NCBI RefSeq assembly: GCF_011386835.1
Contig: NC_088792.1
Span: forward strand, 2,108,001 to 2,172,000
Direction: 5' to 3'
Origin: Chrysemys picta bellii
Lineage: Eukaryota
DNA length: 64,000 nucleotides
Positions 48,101 through 59,178 of the stretch are shown here, piece after piece (positions within the stretch are counted from its first letter, which is position 1; each line of letters starts with the position of its first letter). Both the position numbers and the translations under genes were made by a program. The notes beneath the pieces were generated by a model. It was not told the origin of the DNA and did no database searches. It saw only the letters and a list, made by a program, of their open reading frames with translations.

Positions 48101-49293
48101 AGCTGGAGCTGGCCTGGCTGAGGAGCAGTGGGGCCCCAGCTGCAGTGAGTGAGGGGGGACCCAAGACTGCAAAGACCTTTGATAAGTGCTTCCTGGCCCA
48201 GCGTAAGGAGGGGGAGGACATGGATACCTTCCTGACGGCCTTTGAGAATGCCTGTGAGCTGCACAGGTTTGACCCTGCAGACAGGCTCCAGTTTCTCACC
48301 CCCTTACTGGACTCCAAAGCCGTGGAGGTGTACAGTCAAATGAAACGGGTGGAGACAGGGGACTATGAACTGTTCAAAAAGGCCCTGCTCCGCGAGTTTG
48401 GGCTGACCCCTGAGATGTACCGGAAAAGGTTCCGGAGTCAGCGTAAAACCCGTGAGGTCACAATACCTACAACTGGCCAACCGGGCGCAGGGGTATGCCC
48501 GCAAGTGGACAGCTGGGGCCCAAACTAAAGAAGACCTGCTTGACCTATTCGTACTGGAGCACGTGTATGAGCAGTGCCCATCCGACCTGTGGCGATGGTT
48601 GATGGACCAGAAGCCAGAGAACCCGCAGCATGCAGGCCAGCTGGCCGACGAGTTTGTGAACAGTCGGGCAGGGGATAACAGGGAGAAGTCCCAAAGGAAC
48701 AGGCCCTCCACAATGCAGAGAGAGAGTCATCATGGGATCTCCCAGTGGGGAAATATGGAGAACCCCCACCAAAGGGGAACACCTGGCGTCAGGTCCATCC
48801 GACCCGCTCGAGGGGACCCATGGGACATGGGCTGCTATCACTGTGGCCAAAGAGGTCACATACAGGCCCAGTGCCTCAGGCTCAGGGACGGACTGAGCAG
48901 ACCCAACCCACAGAGGTTTGACTGCGTAAAGACCCAGCCGGACGAGGGGCAGCATTCCCAGACAAGGGGGGCTGGCAGCGTACCACTTGCTAAGAAGGGA
49001 GGAATACCCCAGGCCAGCTCCTCTAGGGGGTTGGATGCTCCAGACTCAGGGTTTTTGGTTTACAGGGTGGGCGCGGGGCTGTCCCTCCGGAGAGAGTGCC
49101 TTGTTCCCCTGGAGGTGGATGGGAGGAAGGTCAGTGGAAACTGGGATATGGGCTCAGAGGTGACGCTGGCCTGGCCCGAGGTGGTGGCCCCAGATCGGGT
49201 GGTGCCCGACACCTACCTGACCCTGACGGGGGAGGACGGGACCCCATTCAAGGTGCCTGTGGCGATGGTACACCTGAAATGGGGGGCCAAGAA

Positions 49294-50179
49294 GTGAATG
49301 TCCAGTTTGGCCAATGTACATAGCAGAGGGGCATTGCTGGCACATGATGGCATATATAACATTTGTAGACGTGCAGGTGAATGAACCGGTGATGTTGTAG
49401 CTGATCTGGTTAGGTCCTGTGATGGTGTTGTTGGTGTAGATATGTGGGCAGAGTTGGCATCGAGGTTTGTTGCATGGGTTGGTTCCTGAGTTAGAGTTGT
49501 TATGGTGCAGTGTGTGGTTGCTGGTGAGAATATGCTTTAAGGTTGGCGGGTTGTCTGTGGGCGAGGACTGGCCTGCCTCCCAAAGTCTGTGAAAGAGAGG
49601 GATCATTGTCCAGGATGGGTTGTGGATCACTGATGATGCGTTGGAGAGGTTTAAGCTGAGGACTGTAGGTGATGGCCAGTGAACTCCACATTGGCCAAAC
49701 TGGACAGTCCCTACGTAAAAGGATAAATGGACACAAGTCAGATATCAGGAATGGCAATATACAAAAACCTGTAGGAGAACACTTCAACCTCCCTGGCCAC
49801 ACAATAGCAGATGTAAAGGTAGCCATCTTACTGCAAAAAAACTTCAGGACCAGACTCCAAAGAGAAACTGGTGAGCTCCAGTTCATTTGCAAATTTGACA
49901 CCATCAGATCAGGATTAAACAAAGACTGTGAATGGCTATCCAACTACAGAAGCAGTTTCCCCTTCCTTGGTGTTCACACTTCAACTGCTAGCAGAGGACC
50001 TCACCCTCCCTGATTGAACTAACCTCGGTATCTCCAGACTGATTCTTGCCTGCATATTTATACCTGCCCCTAGAAATTTCCATTACATGCATCTGACGAA
50101 GTGGGCATTCACCCACGAAAGCTCATGCTCCAATACATCTGTTAGTCTTAATGGTGCCACAGGACTCTCTGTTGCTTTT
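49294..50179. mobile_element. Penelope-like element fragment with a 5' inversion, nested in the gypsy element
   Basis: The N-terminal half of a GIY-YIG endonuclease is on minus (CNKPRCQLC..NVIYAIMC..MYIGQT) and the C-terminal half on plus (HIGQTGQSLRKRINGH..VGEHF..RE). It ends in the PLE terminal repeat. Confidence 0.88.
50089..50128 (+). ncRNA. Minimal type-I hammerhead ribozyme motif of the PLE
   Basis: GCAT-CUGACGA(A)-GUGGG/CAUUCA/CCCAC-GAAA-GC-UC-AUGC. Stem I is GCAT/ATGC, stem II is 5 bp, and the palindromic AGCU fits a dimeric stem III. Confidence 0.75.
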
Positions 50180-51830
50180 TACCCTGAGGCAGTGTCCTTG
50201 TCTTCCATTGAAACAGACAATGTGGCAGATGCACTGCTGACCATTTTCAGCCAAGTGGGGTTCCCCAAGGAAGTCTTGACAGACCAAGGGTCCAACTTCA
50301 TGTCAGCCCTACTCCGGTGCTTGTAGGAGAAATGCGGGGTCCGGCACAACTGGGCCTCAGCGTATCACCCCCAATCCGACGGGCTGGTGTAGAGGTTCAA
50401 TGGGATGCTAAAGATGATGCTGAAAACCTTTATGAACCAGCACCCGCAGGACTGGGACAAGCACTTACCTCACCTGCTGTTCGCGTACAGGGAGGTACCC
50501 CAGGAGTCTACTGGATTTTCGCCTTTCGAACTGTTATATGGAAGGCGGGTAAGGGGGCCCCTAGACCTGATGAGAGATGAATGGGAGGGGAAGGCCACTC
50601 CCAAGAGAGAGTTGGTGGTGGAGTATGTCGTGGCCTTCTGGGAAAGACTTGCTGAACTCATGGGCCTGGCCAGGGAGAATCTGGCCAGAGCCCAGAGGAA
50701 GCAGAAGGTCTGGTACGACTGCACGACGCAGGCCCACGCCTACGCCACCGGGGATCAGGTGATGGTTCTTATCCCCGTGAGAAAAAACAAACTACAGGCC
50801 GCCTGGGAAGGCCCTTTTACGGTTGTCGAGCAACTAAATGAGGTAAAGGTGGAGCTGTCAAATCGGGCACACCACCGCTGGGTGTACCATGTGAATATGA
50901 TGAAGCCATATTATGACAGGGGGGATGTTGTGGTGGCCGTGTGTGGCCAGTGGGAGGAGCAGGGAGATGACCCTTTAGTAGATCTATTTCCCGAGACAGG
51001 AACTGGCTCCCCCCTGGAAACAATTCCCCTCTCTGATCAGCTGACCCTGGCCCAGCAATCTGAGATCAGAGGGGTCTTGCATCTGTACCGACAGCTGTTT
51101 TCCAACCAGCCTGGATGCACTAATCTGACTGTCCACGGGTGCAGACAGGATCGCACCCACCTATAAAATGCCCCCCCTTCTGAGTCACAGGGAAAATTGC
51201 CGAGGACCTGGAAAGAGAGGTCAGGGACATGCTGGCTTTGGGGGTGATCCAGCCATCTTCCAGCCCTTGGGCCTCGCCGGTGGTGCTGGTCCCCAAAAAG
51301 GACGGGTCGATCCGGTTCTGTGTGGACTATCGGAAGCTTAAAGCCATCATTGTATTCGATGCCTACCCCATGCCCAGGCCTGACGAGCTCCTAGACAAGC
51401 TGGGAGGTGCTCAGTACCTTACCACCATGGATCTTACAAAGGGCTACTGGCAGGTGCCGCTGGATGCAGATGCCAGGCTGAAATCGGCCTTTATCACCCC
51501 TCTGGGGCTCTATGAGTTCCTGACCCTGCCCTTCGGCCTCAAGGGAGCGCCGGCCACCTTCCAGCGCCTGGTGGATCAGCTACTGAGGGGAATGGAGAGT
51601 TTTGCTGTGGCGTATATTGATGACATCTGTGTCTTTAGCCAGACCTGGGAGGACCATGTGTCCCAGGTTAGACAAGTGCTAAACAGACTCCGGGAGGCTG
51701 GGCTGACCGTAAAGGCTGAGAAGTGCAAGGTGGGGATGGCTGAAATATCCTACCTAGGTCACCGGGTGGGGAGCGGCTGCCTAAAGCCAGAACCAGCCAA
51801 AGTGGAGGTGATCAGAGACTGGCCCGCTCC

Positions 51831-53625
51831 TCTGATGGTGCTGCCCATGGGAGCCAGCTGAGGTCACTCAATCAGGGTGAACTGCAAACAAAACGGGGCA
51901 GACAACCCCCAGAAGCTGTTGGATATTCCAATACTTAGATTTACCAAACCAGCACAAAACAACTTCTGTATTACCTCACTGGTTACTCAGAGTCCAAACA
52001 ACGCAGTTCCCTTAAAGTGCCCGGCCTCAGGCCTCCATCCAGACACACACGTCAGATATGATGATGATTACGGAAAATCTTATCTCTTCATATAGAAGAA
52101 AAGGTTCTTCCAATCCCAAAGGATCAGCCACACACCCAGGTCCAATTATAACTTAGATCTGACCCAAAATATAAGCTGTGACAAAGCTCTGTCCTTGACT
52201 CTGTGGGTCCTGCGTTTCCTGATGGATTTTGCTAACCTCAGAGGCTCACTGTGCCCCTCCACATAGCCCTTCTCTCTCTAGAGGCAAGGGTCACAGTCTA
52301 CTGAGCCATTTTCATCATAAACCAACCAGGGAGGTGAGGAGAAGCAGCCCTCCCTCGCACAGTCTCTGTTGTCTCCCAGTCTCAGTGATTAATTCAGGGG
52401 GGGAACCTGGGCCCGCCCTCTACTCCGGGCTCCAGCCCAGGGACCCTAAAATTAGCAGCTATGGAAGCTGACTTTTTCGAAATAGGATGTGTACAATTCC
52501 CTGGGCCACTTCCCCACAACAGCCCCCACTTAGTATCTTCTTCACAATTACCTCAGGGCCTCCTTCCTTGCACCTGGTACGGCTTAGTACTACTTCATTC
52601 CTCCAACAGCACAGCTCCCTCCTATAGCTCCTGCCACCCACCCCACACTGACTAACTGGGAGGCTTTTAACTAGTTCAAGCCAGTCCTTGATTGGCTTCA
52701 GGTGTTCCAGTCAATCTAGCTGTCTCCACTGCCTTCTAGAAGGATCTTAATTGGCCCCAGGTGTCTTGATTAACCTGGAGCAACTGCCATTTGGTTACCA
52801 TGGTACCAGGGATTTGTTTAGCCTGGGGCTAACATACCTGTTCCTCACTACTTTACTGTAGCCATCTGGCCTTGCCCCGTCACAGTAGCTTATAACCAAT
52901 TCTTATTAACTAAGCTAAAATTTATTAAAAAGAAAAGAGAGAGAGTGTTGGTTAAAAGATCAATGTACTGACAGACTTGAATTCAATTCTTGAAGTTTAG
53001 ATACATAGCAGAGATGAGCTTGTAGTTGCCAAAAGTCCTTTTAGAAATAGTCCAGAGGTTATAGTCCAATGTCCATATTCAGGGTGACTCTAGTCAGTGA
53101 CTGGGGATCTCAATCCTTGTGGCTTATGGTTTCCCCATCTTGAAACCCAAAGCAGATCTGAGATGAAGCAGGATCGTGTCCCAGGGTTCTTATACATTTC
53201 CAGCAGCCTTTTGGCCTGAGAAAACAATAGGCTTAACTCTCCTTCTGCCAAACATCCTGGCAATTAGCACAGGGTAATTTATCCATTAAACAGTTCAGAT
53301 ACAGGTTACCACAAACTTCAAAGAGACATAGAGACAATAATACTATTTCACTCAAGTATGATCATAAATGTTAATATTCCTTTTTGATCTTTGAATTAAA
53401 GTTATAGCAATAGACAAGACTTGTTTGCTTACATCACAAGACCTGAGCAAACATCTCTCCTTGAGATTTCTAACAATATAGACTTGCATTTCATAGCTCT
53501 ATTCATTTACATATCTTCCTAACCAGTCCTTTAGGTTCACCCCTGGGTCAGGTTAGTTTGAGTTAATTAACTCTTTCTGGCTCTGTCATCTTTCAATGAG
53601 ATATTATATTGCTCATAACATCACA
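51831..53625. mobile_element. Solo LTR inserted between RT and RNase H of the gypsy element
   Basis: TCTGATG...CATCACA ends and TSD GCTCC (51826-51830, 53626-53630). Removing it restores DWPAPQTKKQV. Confidence 0.8.
52177..52884. mobile_element. Solo LTR nested inside the 51831-53625 LTR
   Basis: TGTGAC...GTCACA termini with a GC shift relative to the host. The TSD is imperfect (TAAGC / GTAGC). Confidence 0.7.
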
Positions 53626-55307
53626 GCTCCCCAAACCAAAAAACAGGTCCAAGCCTTTATTGGGATGGCGGGGTACTATTGAAGGTTCGTGCCCCACTTT
53701 AGCTCCATAGCCGCCCCCATCACTGAGCTGTGCAAGAAGGGGAAGCCAGACAAGGTGGTCTGGACCGAGGAGTGCCAGGAGGCTCTCCGGGCGCTGAAGG
53801 AGGCTCTGGTCAGTGGCCCAGTTCTGGCAAACCCAGACTTTGACAAGCCCTTTTTGGTGTTCACCGACGCCTCAGACACGGGACTGGGGGCGGTGTTAAT
53901 GCAGGAGGATGAAAAGGGGGAGAGACACCCCATCGTGTACCTGAGCAAGAAGTTGCTACCCCAGGAGCAGAACTACACGGCCATCAAGAAGGAATGCCTG
54001 GCCATGGTGTGGGCCCTCAAGAAACTAGAGCCATCTCTCTTTGGGCGACACTTCACCGTGCACACTGACCACTCTCCCCTGACCTGGCTGCACCAGATGA
54101 AAGAAGCCAACGCCAAGCTCCTGAGGTGGAGCCTGCTCCTGCAGGATTATGACATGGACGTGGTCCATGTGAAGGGACGTGACAACCTGATAGCGGACGC
54201 ATTGTCCCGGAGACGGGGCCCTGAACTTCCCCAGGTCACTGGTCAGAGTGACCCCGCTCAGTTCAGTCTCCAAGGGGGGAGAGATATGATGGAGCAGGGG
54301 AGTTACATTGGGGATGGGGGACTGCCCTTGCAGGAAGATACCTGAGCTGTAACCTGAGCCGGAGGGAAGGGGGGGGTTGGGAGAATTGACACCTTCTGGC
54401 CAGGAGACTGGATAACGGAGAGGAGGAGCTGGGGGGAGGGGAAGAGAGCGGCTGGAGGAGTTTTTTAGTTTCAGTTTGTTGCTGGGTGGTGGAATGCAGG
54501 GAACCCCAAGTCTCTGGGGTCTAAGCTCCCTGCCCCCCTCCCCCAGAAGGACTCGACTGAGGGATCCTGGTTGTACCTACAAACTCTGTTGTAGACTGCT
54601 GTCCTACTGTCCAATAAACCTTCCATTTCACCGTCAGGCTGAGAATCACGGTGAATCGCAGGAAGGGGGGTGCAGGGCCCTGACTCCCCCACACTCTGTG
54701 ACACCCCCCGCTGCCCCTCATCTGCTCGGAGAACGACAGCGCGGGCAGCAGCAGTGGGGAGGAGGGGACCCCGCCAGCTTAGAGACCGTCTCCGAGATAC
54801 AGGCAGCGGGGCACCCACCCGTCTCCGGGGTACGCCAGGCCGGGTGCACGGCGCGGTGCGGCCACTGGGCCCTTGTGGGGCAGAGATGGCTGAAGGGGGA
54901 CGGTACAGCTCCCCTATGGGCCCTGCTGCGCTCGGTGTGGCTCCTGACCGTGGGCCGTTTGGTCTCAGTCGCTATAAAGAGGACAGTGACCAGTTCTCCA
55001 CTGGAGGTCGGACTAGAAGCAATGGGCTTAATCTGCAACCAGGGGGATGGAGGTGAGAGATCAGGGGAAAGATTCTATCACTGGAGGTGTTTTAAGAACA
55101 GGTTGGACAAACCCCTGTCAGGGTCTAGGCTTGCCTGTGTGCTGCCTCAGTGCAGGGGGCTGGCTAGTTGCCCATCTCTTTCCAGACCTACCTGTCTGTG
55201 TTTCTATGAGCATCACAGTGTGTGTGTGAACATGTATGGTGCATGCATGTTGCAAGTGTGCAGCATGTGTGAGCAGACCCAGGACACGTCTGTGTGACTG
55301 TGCAGCG

Positions 55308-55655
55308 TGAAAGTAGAATGAATTCTATTGTAGAAGTAGAATGAATTAAAGAAATGTTGTATGTTCCTGTAAGCAGGAATGAGGAATGTTAAGATAAAGT
55401 TGTCAGGAAGAGGAACGTTAAGGTATTGAACAATGGGTCCACTTAAGCTGATGGTGGGACATTAACAGGAGATTGGTGAGAGTTAATAAGGAAATAAAAT
55501 ATGTGTGTCTAGCCCCAGGTAAATTTATCAGTTCTGCTCCCTTTGTAATCTTGTTAATTTCACACCCTTTTATCTGTATAAATAAGGTGGTTTGAGCCTT
55601 TTGCTAATAAACAGAGTGGTCTGACAAATTGTGAGTCCTGAGTCTGACTTTGACA
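55308..55655 (+). mobile_element. Solo LTR (348 bp) with a 6-bp TSD, specific to copy 2
   Basis: TG...CA termini, TSD GCAGCG (55302-55307, 55656-55661), TATAAATA and AATAAA inside. The empty site is in copy 1 at about 35731. Confidence 0.88.
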
Positions 55656-55659
55656 GCAG

Positions 55660-56164
55660 CGTGTATGTGTGTGCATGTGCAGATCTGAGTGTGACCGGTG
55701 TGTATGCATGCATGTGCAATGTGTGTATCTGGGTGCGTGTGCAGAGCTGTGTGTGAAGTGTGTATCTCTGTGTGTGCAAATCTTTGTGTGCACTGTGTGT
55801 GTGTGTTCACAGTGGGTATATGTGTGTGTGCAGATCTGTGTGTGTGAGCTTGCACAGGGTGTATCTGTTCAGATCTGTGTGTGTGTGCAGACGTGTGTAT
55901 CTGTGTGTGCACGGTGTGTATCTGGGTGTGTGCATGATGTGTATGTGAGTGTGCATGGTGCATATCGGTGTGAGTGTGCACGGGTGTATCTGTGTGTGCA
56001 GATGTGTGTCTGTGTGTGTCTGTGTATGAGTATGTGTGCACGGCATGTATCTGTGTATGAGTGTGTGTGTGTGCACGGCGTGTATCTGGGTGTGTGCATG
56101 ATGTGTATGTGAGTGCTTGGGCGTATCGGTGTGAGTGTGCACAGGGTGTATCTGTGTGTGGAGA

Positions 56165-56198
<34 letters not shown>

Positions 56199-56385
56199 GT
56201 GTGTATCTGTACGTGTGTGTGTGCACGGCATGTATCTGTTTATGAGTGTGTGTGTGTGTGCATGGTGTGTGTCTGTGTATGAGTGTGTGTGTGTGTGCAT
56301 GGTGTGTGTCTGTGTATGAGTGTGTGTGTGTGTGCACGGTGTGTATCTGTATATCGGCATGTGCAGTGTGTGTGTGCACAGATCC
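55660..56385. repeat. Expanded (TG)n-rich tract, paralogue of 35640-36235
   Basis: Same mosaic repeat with extra units and a pure (GT)n run near 56170. Confidence 0.9.
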
Positions 56386-57035
56386 AGGGCAGATTGCTGA
56401 TGCCCCATTCCTAAGGGTAAAATTTTGTCACGGTTAGTTTTAGTAAAACTCAGGGGCAATAAACAAAAATGCAGGGAGCCGTGACCTGTCGGTGACTGTA
56501 CTAAACACCGAGATCAATAGGGGGCAGGAATGGAGTCCCAGCGCCTGGCAATCAAAGCAGCCGGGGCTCCGGCCATGGCGTGGGCTGGAAGGGGACACAG
56601 AAGAAGCCAGGGAGACCCCTGACCCATGGGGTGCGTGTGGGGGCGTTAGTACCACAGACGGCAGCTTCAGCACCAGGGGCCAGCAGGCCACAGAGCCGCC
56701 CGGAGCGCCCAGCTGGGTGCAGGGGCGGGGTTCAAGGGGGCTCCGGCCCTGCTGGCGGAGGGGGCTGCTGGCGGGAAGGAGGCGGCTGGGCTTGGGCAGG
56801 GTCCTGATCCCGTCTCTCTTCCCTTCCAGGGGCTGGCGCGTTGCCGGCGTGACCCAGCGTGGCCGCACGGGCAGCGGGCTCCAGGGGGCCCCCTGGGGCA
56901 GAGGCGCCTGGAAGGGGCAAAGCGCTTTCCCGGACCTGGCCCAGCTCGGGGTGTGCAGAGGTTCTCCGCGCCGTGGCTGAGTGGCTGTGGGCCGCTCGGG
57001 CCCTGCCTGAGCCGTAGGGCGGCGGCCCGGCCGCG

Positions 57036-57724
57036 ATGGAGCCCTGGGCGGAGAAGGGGGACGAGGGCGAGAACGTCAGGGTCACCGCCCAGCTGCTGAA
57101 GGCCAAGACGGGCGAGTTCGCCCTGGAGTCCATCCCTGAAGCTGCGGGGCCTGGGCATCTCGGAGCTGGGCTGCCTGGGCGAGTGCGCCAGCCTGGAGTG
57201 GCTGGACCTCTCCGGCAACGCCATCTCCCACCTGGGCCCCCTGGCTGCCCTCAAGTCCCTGGCTGTCCTCAACCTCTCGGCCAACCGCGTCTGCAGCCTG
57301 GAGCCGCTCGGCGCCTGCGAGAGCCTGCAGAGCCTCAACGTGGCCGGCAACCTGCTGGGCAACTTGCAGCAGCTGCAGTGCCTGGCGGGGCTGCGCCGGC
57401 TGGAGAGCCTGCGTCTGCACGACGCCCGGGCCCGCCTCAGCAACCCCGTCTGCGCCTCCGGGGCCTACCGCAGCGCCCTGGGGGACCTGCTCCCCGGCCT
57501 CAAGGCCGTCGACGGCGAGCGGGTCTCCGGGCGCGGCAGCGAGCTCTACCAGCTCTGCAGGGACCTGGACAGCTCCCTGGAGCGGGGCGGCAGCGGCGGG
57601 GCGGGCAGCCCGGAGCCGCCGGGCGCGGCCCTGCCCTGGGTGGAGGAGGGCTACTGGGAGCGGAGGCCAGCTCGGCGCAGCTCCATCATGGAGGAGGCCT
57701 ACAAGCAGTTCAATGACGTGCTGC
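57036..57724 (+). pseudogene. LRRC61: LRRC61 pseudogene (copy 2)
   Basis: A 5-bp deletion (copy-1 38417-38421) causes a frameshift at 57135. The 3' end is lost in a ~1760-bp deletion and the proximal promoter in a ~1.4-kb deletion. Confidence 0.93.
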
Positions 57725-59178
57725 CTGCCTGGCCTGGTCCTTCGCCCCAGCACCCTCCTGCTTCCTGGCGGCTGGATCGTAAAACTCGCGAGGGTGCTTC
57801 AGGGGGTGATTTCCACACCCCGGGGGCACCACACCCAGCTAAATGCTCCACCCCCGAGCGAGGCGGGGCAGAGCCCGGGGACCCAGCCGGGTGGGGGAGC
57901 GGGTGACAGACTCCCGGGCTGCCCGGCCACGGCAGGCAGGAGACGATGCGCTGGAGCAGACGACCCATGGGGGCAATCCGGGGCAGCGGGAGCAGGCCCA
58001 GCATATCCCCCTGACCCGAGAAATACCCTGGGGGGCCCACTGGGCAGCCCCTCTGAATAACAGCACAGCCCTTCCGAAGTGGGGCTCTGGCTTTATTGGG
58101 GATGAACAGCCGGGCGATGGAGCTGAGCGAGGCGGGGGTGGGGGGAAGGAGCAGCAGGATCCGTTGGCCAGGCAGCTCTGCCCGGCCTGGTGCTGGAGCG
58201 GGCGCAGTGTCTGACGGGCAGGGGTGGTAGCCGGGTCTCCGCTGGGCAGCGCCGATAGCAGCGTCCTTCCACGGGTGGGGGGCGCCAGAGATGCCCCCGC
58301 CCTGGCCAGGGGAAGAGAAGACGCCATGGGGTTAGCATTGCGGCTGGGGGCTCTGGGGGATCCCCACCCCACTGCTCTCCAGGCTGGGTTCGTTTCTAAG
58401 ATTGGAGGAGGCGTCCGCCCCGCGTCAGAGCAGCCGAGTGGTTCACGTTCGCAGAGAGCCAAGCTGTGGCCCTGGGGAGCGGCTGCCTGGGGCAGGAGCG
58501 AGGGCACCCCTTCCGCACCCAGGGGCCCGCAGGCATGCCCGCCGGCTGGCACTCCGGCCCCCATGGGGGTGCTCTGAGCTCAGCTCCGAGGGCACACCCG
58601 TCCGTCTGTCACAGACCGTGATGTTCCAGCCTGCGCTGCTCCGGGGCCCATTTGCTCCTTGGCCTCTGCTGGGGCTGCCAGCCAGCGGGCGACGGGGGGG
58701 GGGGGGGGGGGGGGGGGCTTGGTTGTGACCTGGACCCACCCCCAAGGACTCACTCGAGCCCAGCAAACTCACTGCTCCACAGCCAGCGAGCAGCGCCCAG
58801 ACCGGAACACTTGCTCACCGCTGCCTTGGGTGAGCCCGAGTCTCTGCAGCCGAGGCCGGACCCCGGAAACCCCTGCCCCATTGGTGCCTGCCCTTGGTCC
58901 CCCTTGGGGGCGCTGGACACGCCCCCTCCCGCTATGGTGCAACTTGGCGCCCTCTGCTGGGCTGTGGGATCAGCCCCTGGGGAGAGCAGTGGGTCAAAGG
59001 GCATCAGTCCCAAGGGGAGCGGGCACAGAGCGCTCTGCAGGGGGGCTCGGCCGGAGGGGGGAGATATCTGCTGCCCAGCCCAGAGCCCCCGAAGGGAACC
59101 ATGAGCAGCCCAGCCCCCACCTGGTCCCAGGGCCTTGCCTGAGGTGCCCGTCCTACCATGCTGTGGATGTGGAGGTGG

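Larger units (their letters stand above)
46878..54703 (+). mobile_element. Degenerate Gmr1-type Ty3/gypsy LTR retrotransposon (gag-PR-IN-RT-RH), 7826 bp including nested inserts
   Basis: LTRs at 46878-47290 and 54285-54703, TSD CCCCC. PBS TGGTGGCAGCGGTGGGAT (47293-47310) complements the recalled tRNA-Leu 3' end; PPT at 54272-54284. Gag from 47622 with a CCHC knuckle (about 48832-48873), protease about 49100-49290, integrase about 50180-50900, RT (YIDD) 51229-51830, RNase H about 53630-54210. Confidence 0.95.
46825..54783 (+). pseudogene. 3' fragment of the ZBED gene (last ~40 codons), split by the gypsy element
   Basis: 46825-46877 plus 54704-54783 reconstitute 35085-35211 (LIFLRANLGNFPDYP|PLPLICSENDS...PPA*). 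Confidence 0.9.

Noticed and set aside
47607-54345. Functional retroviral or domesticated gag/pol genes
   Set aside because: Multiple frameshifts, stops, a large deletion and nested insertions show a dead element.
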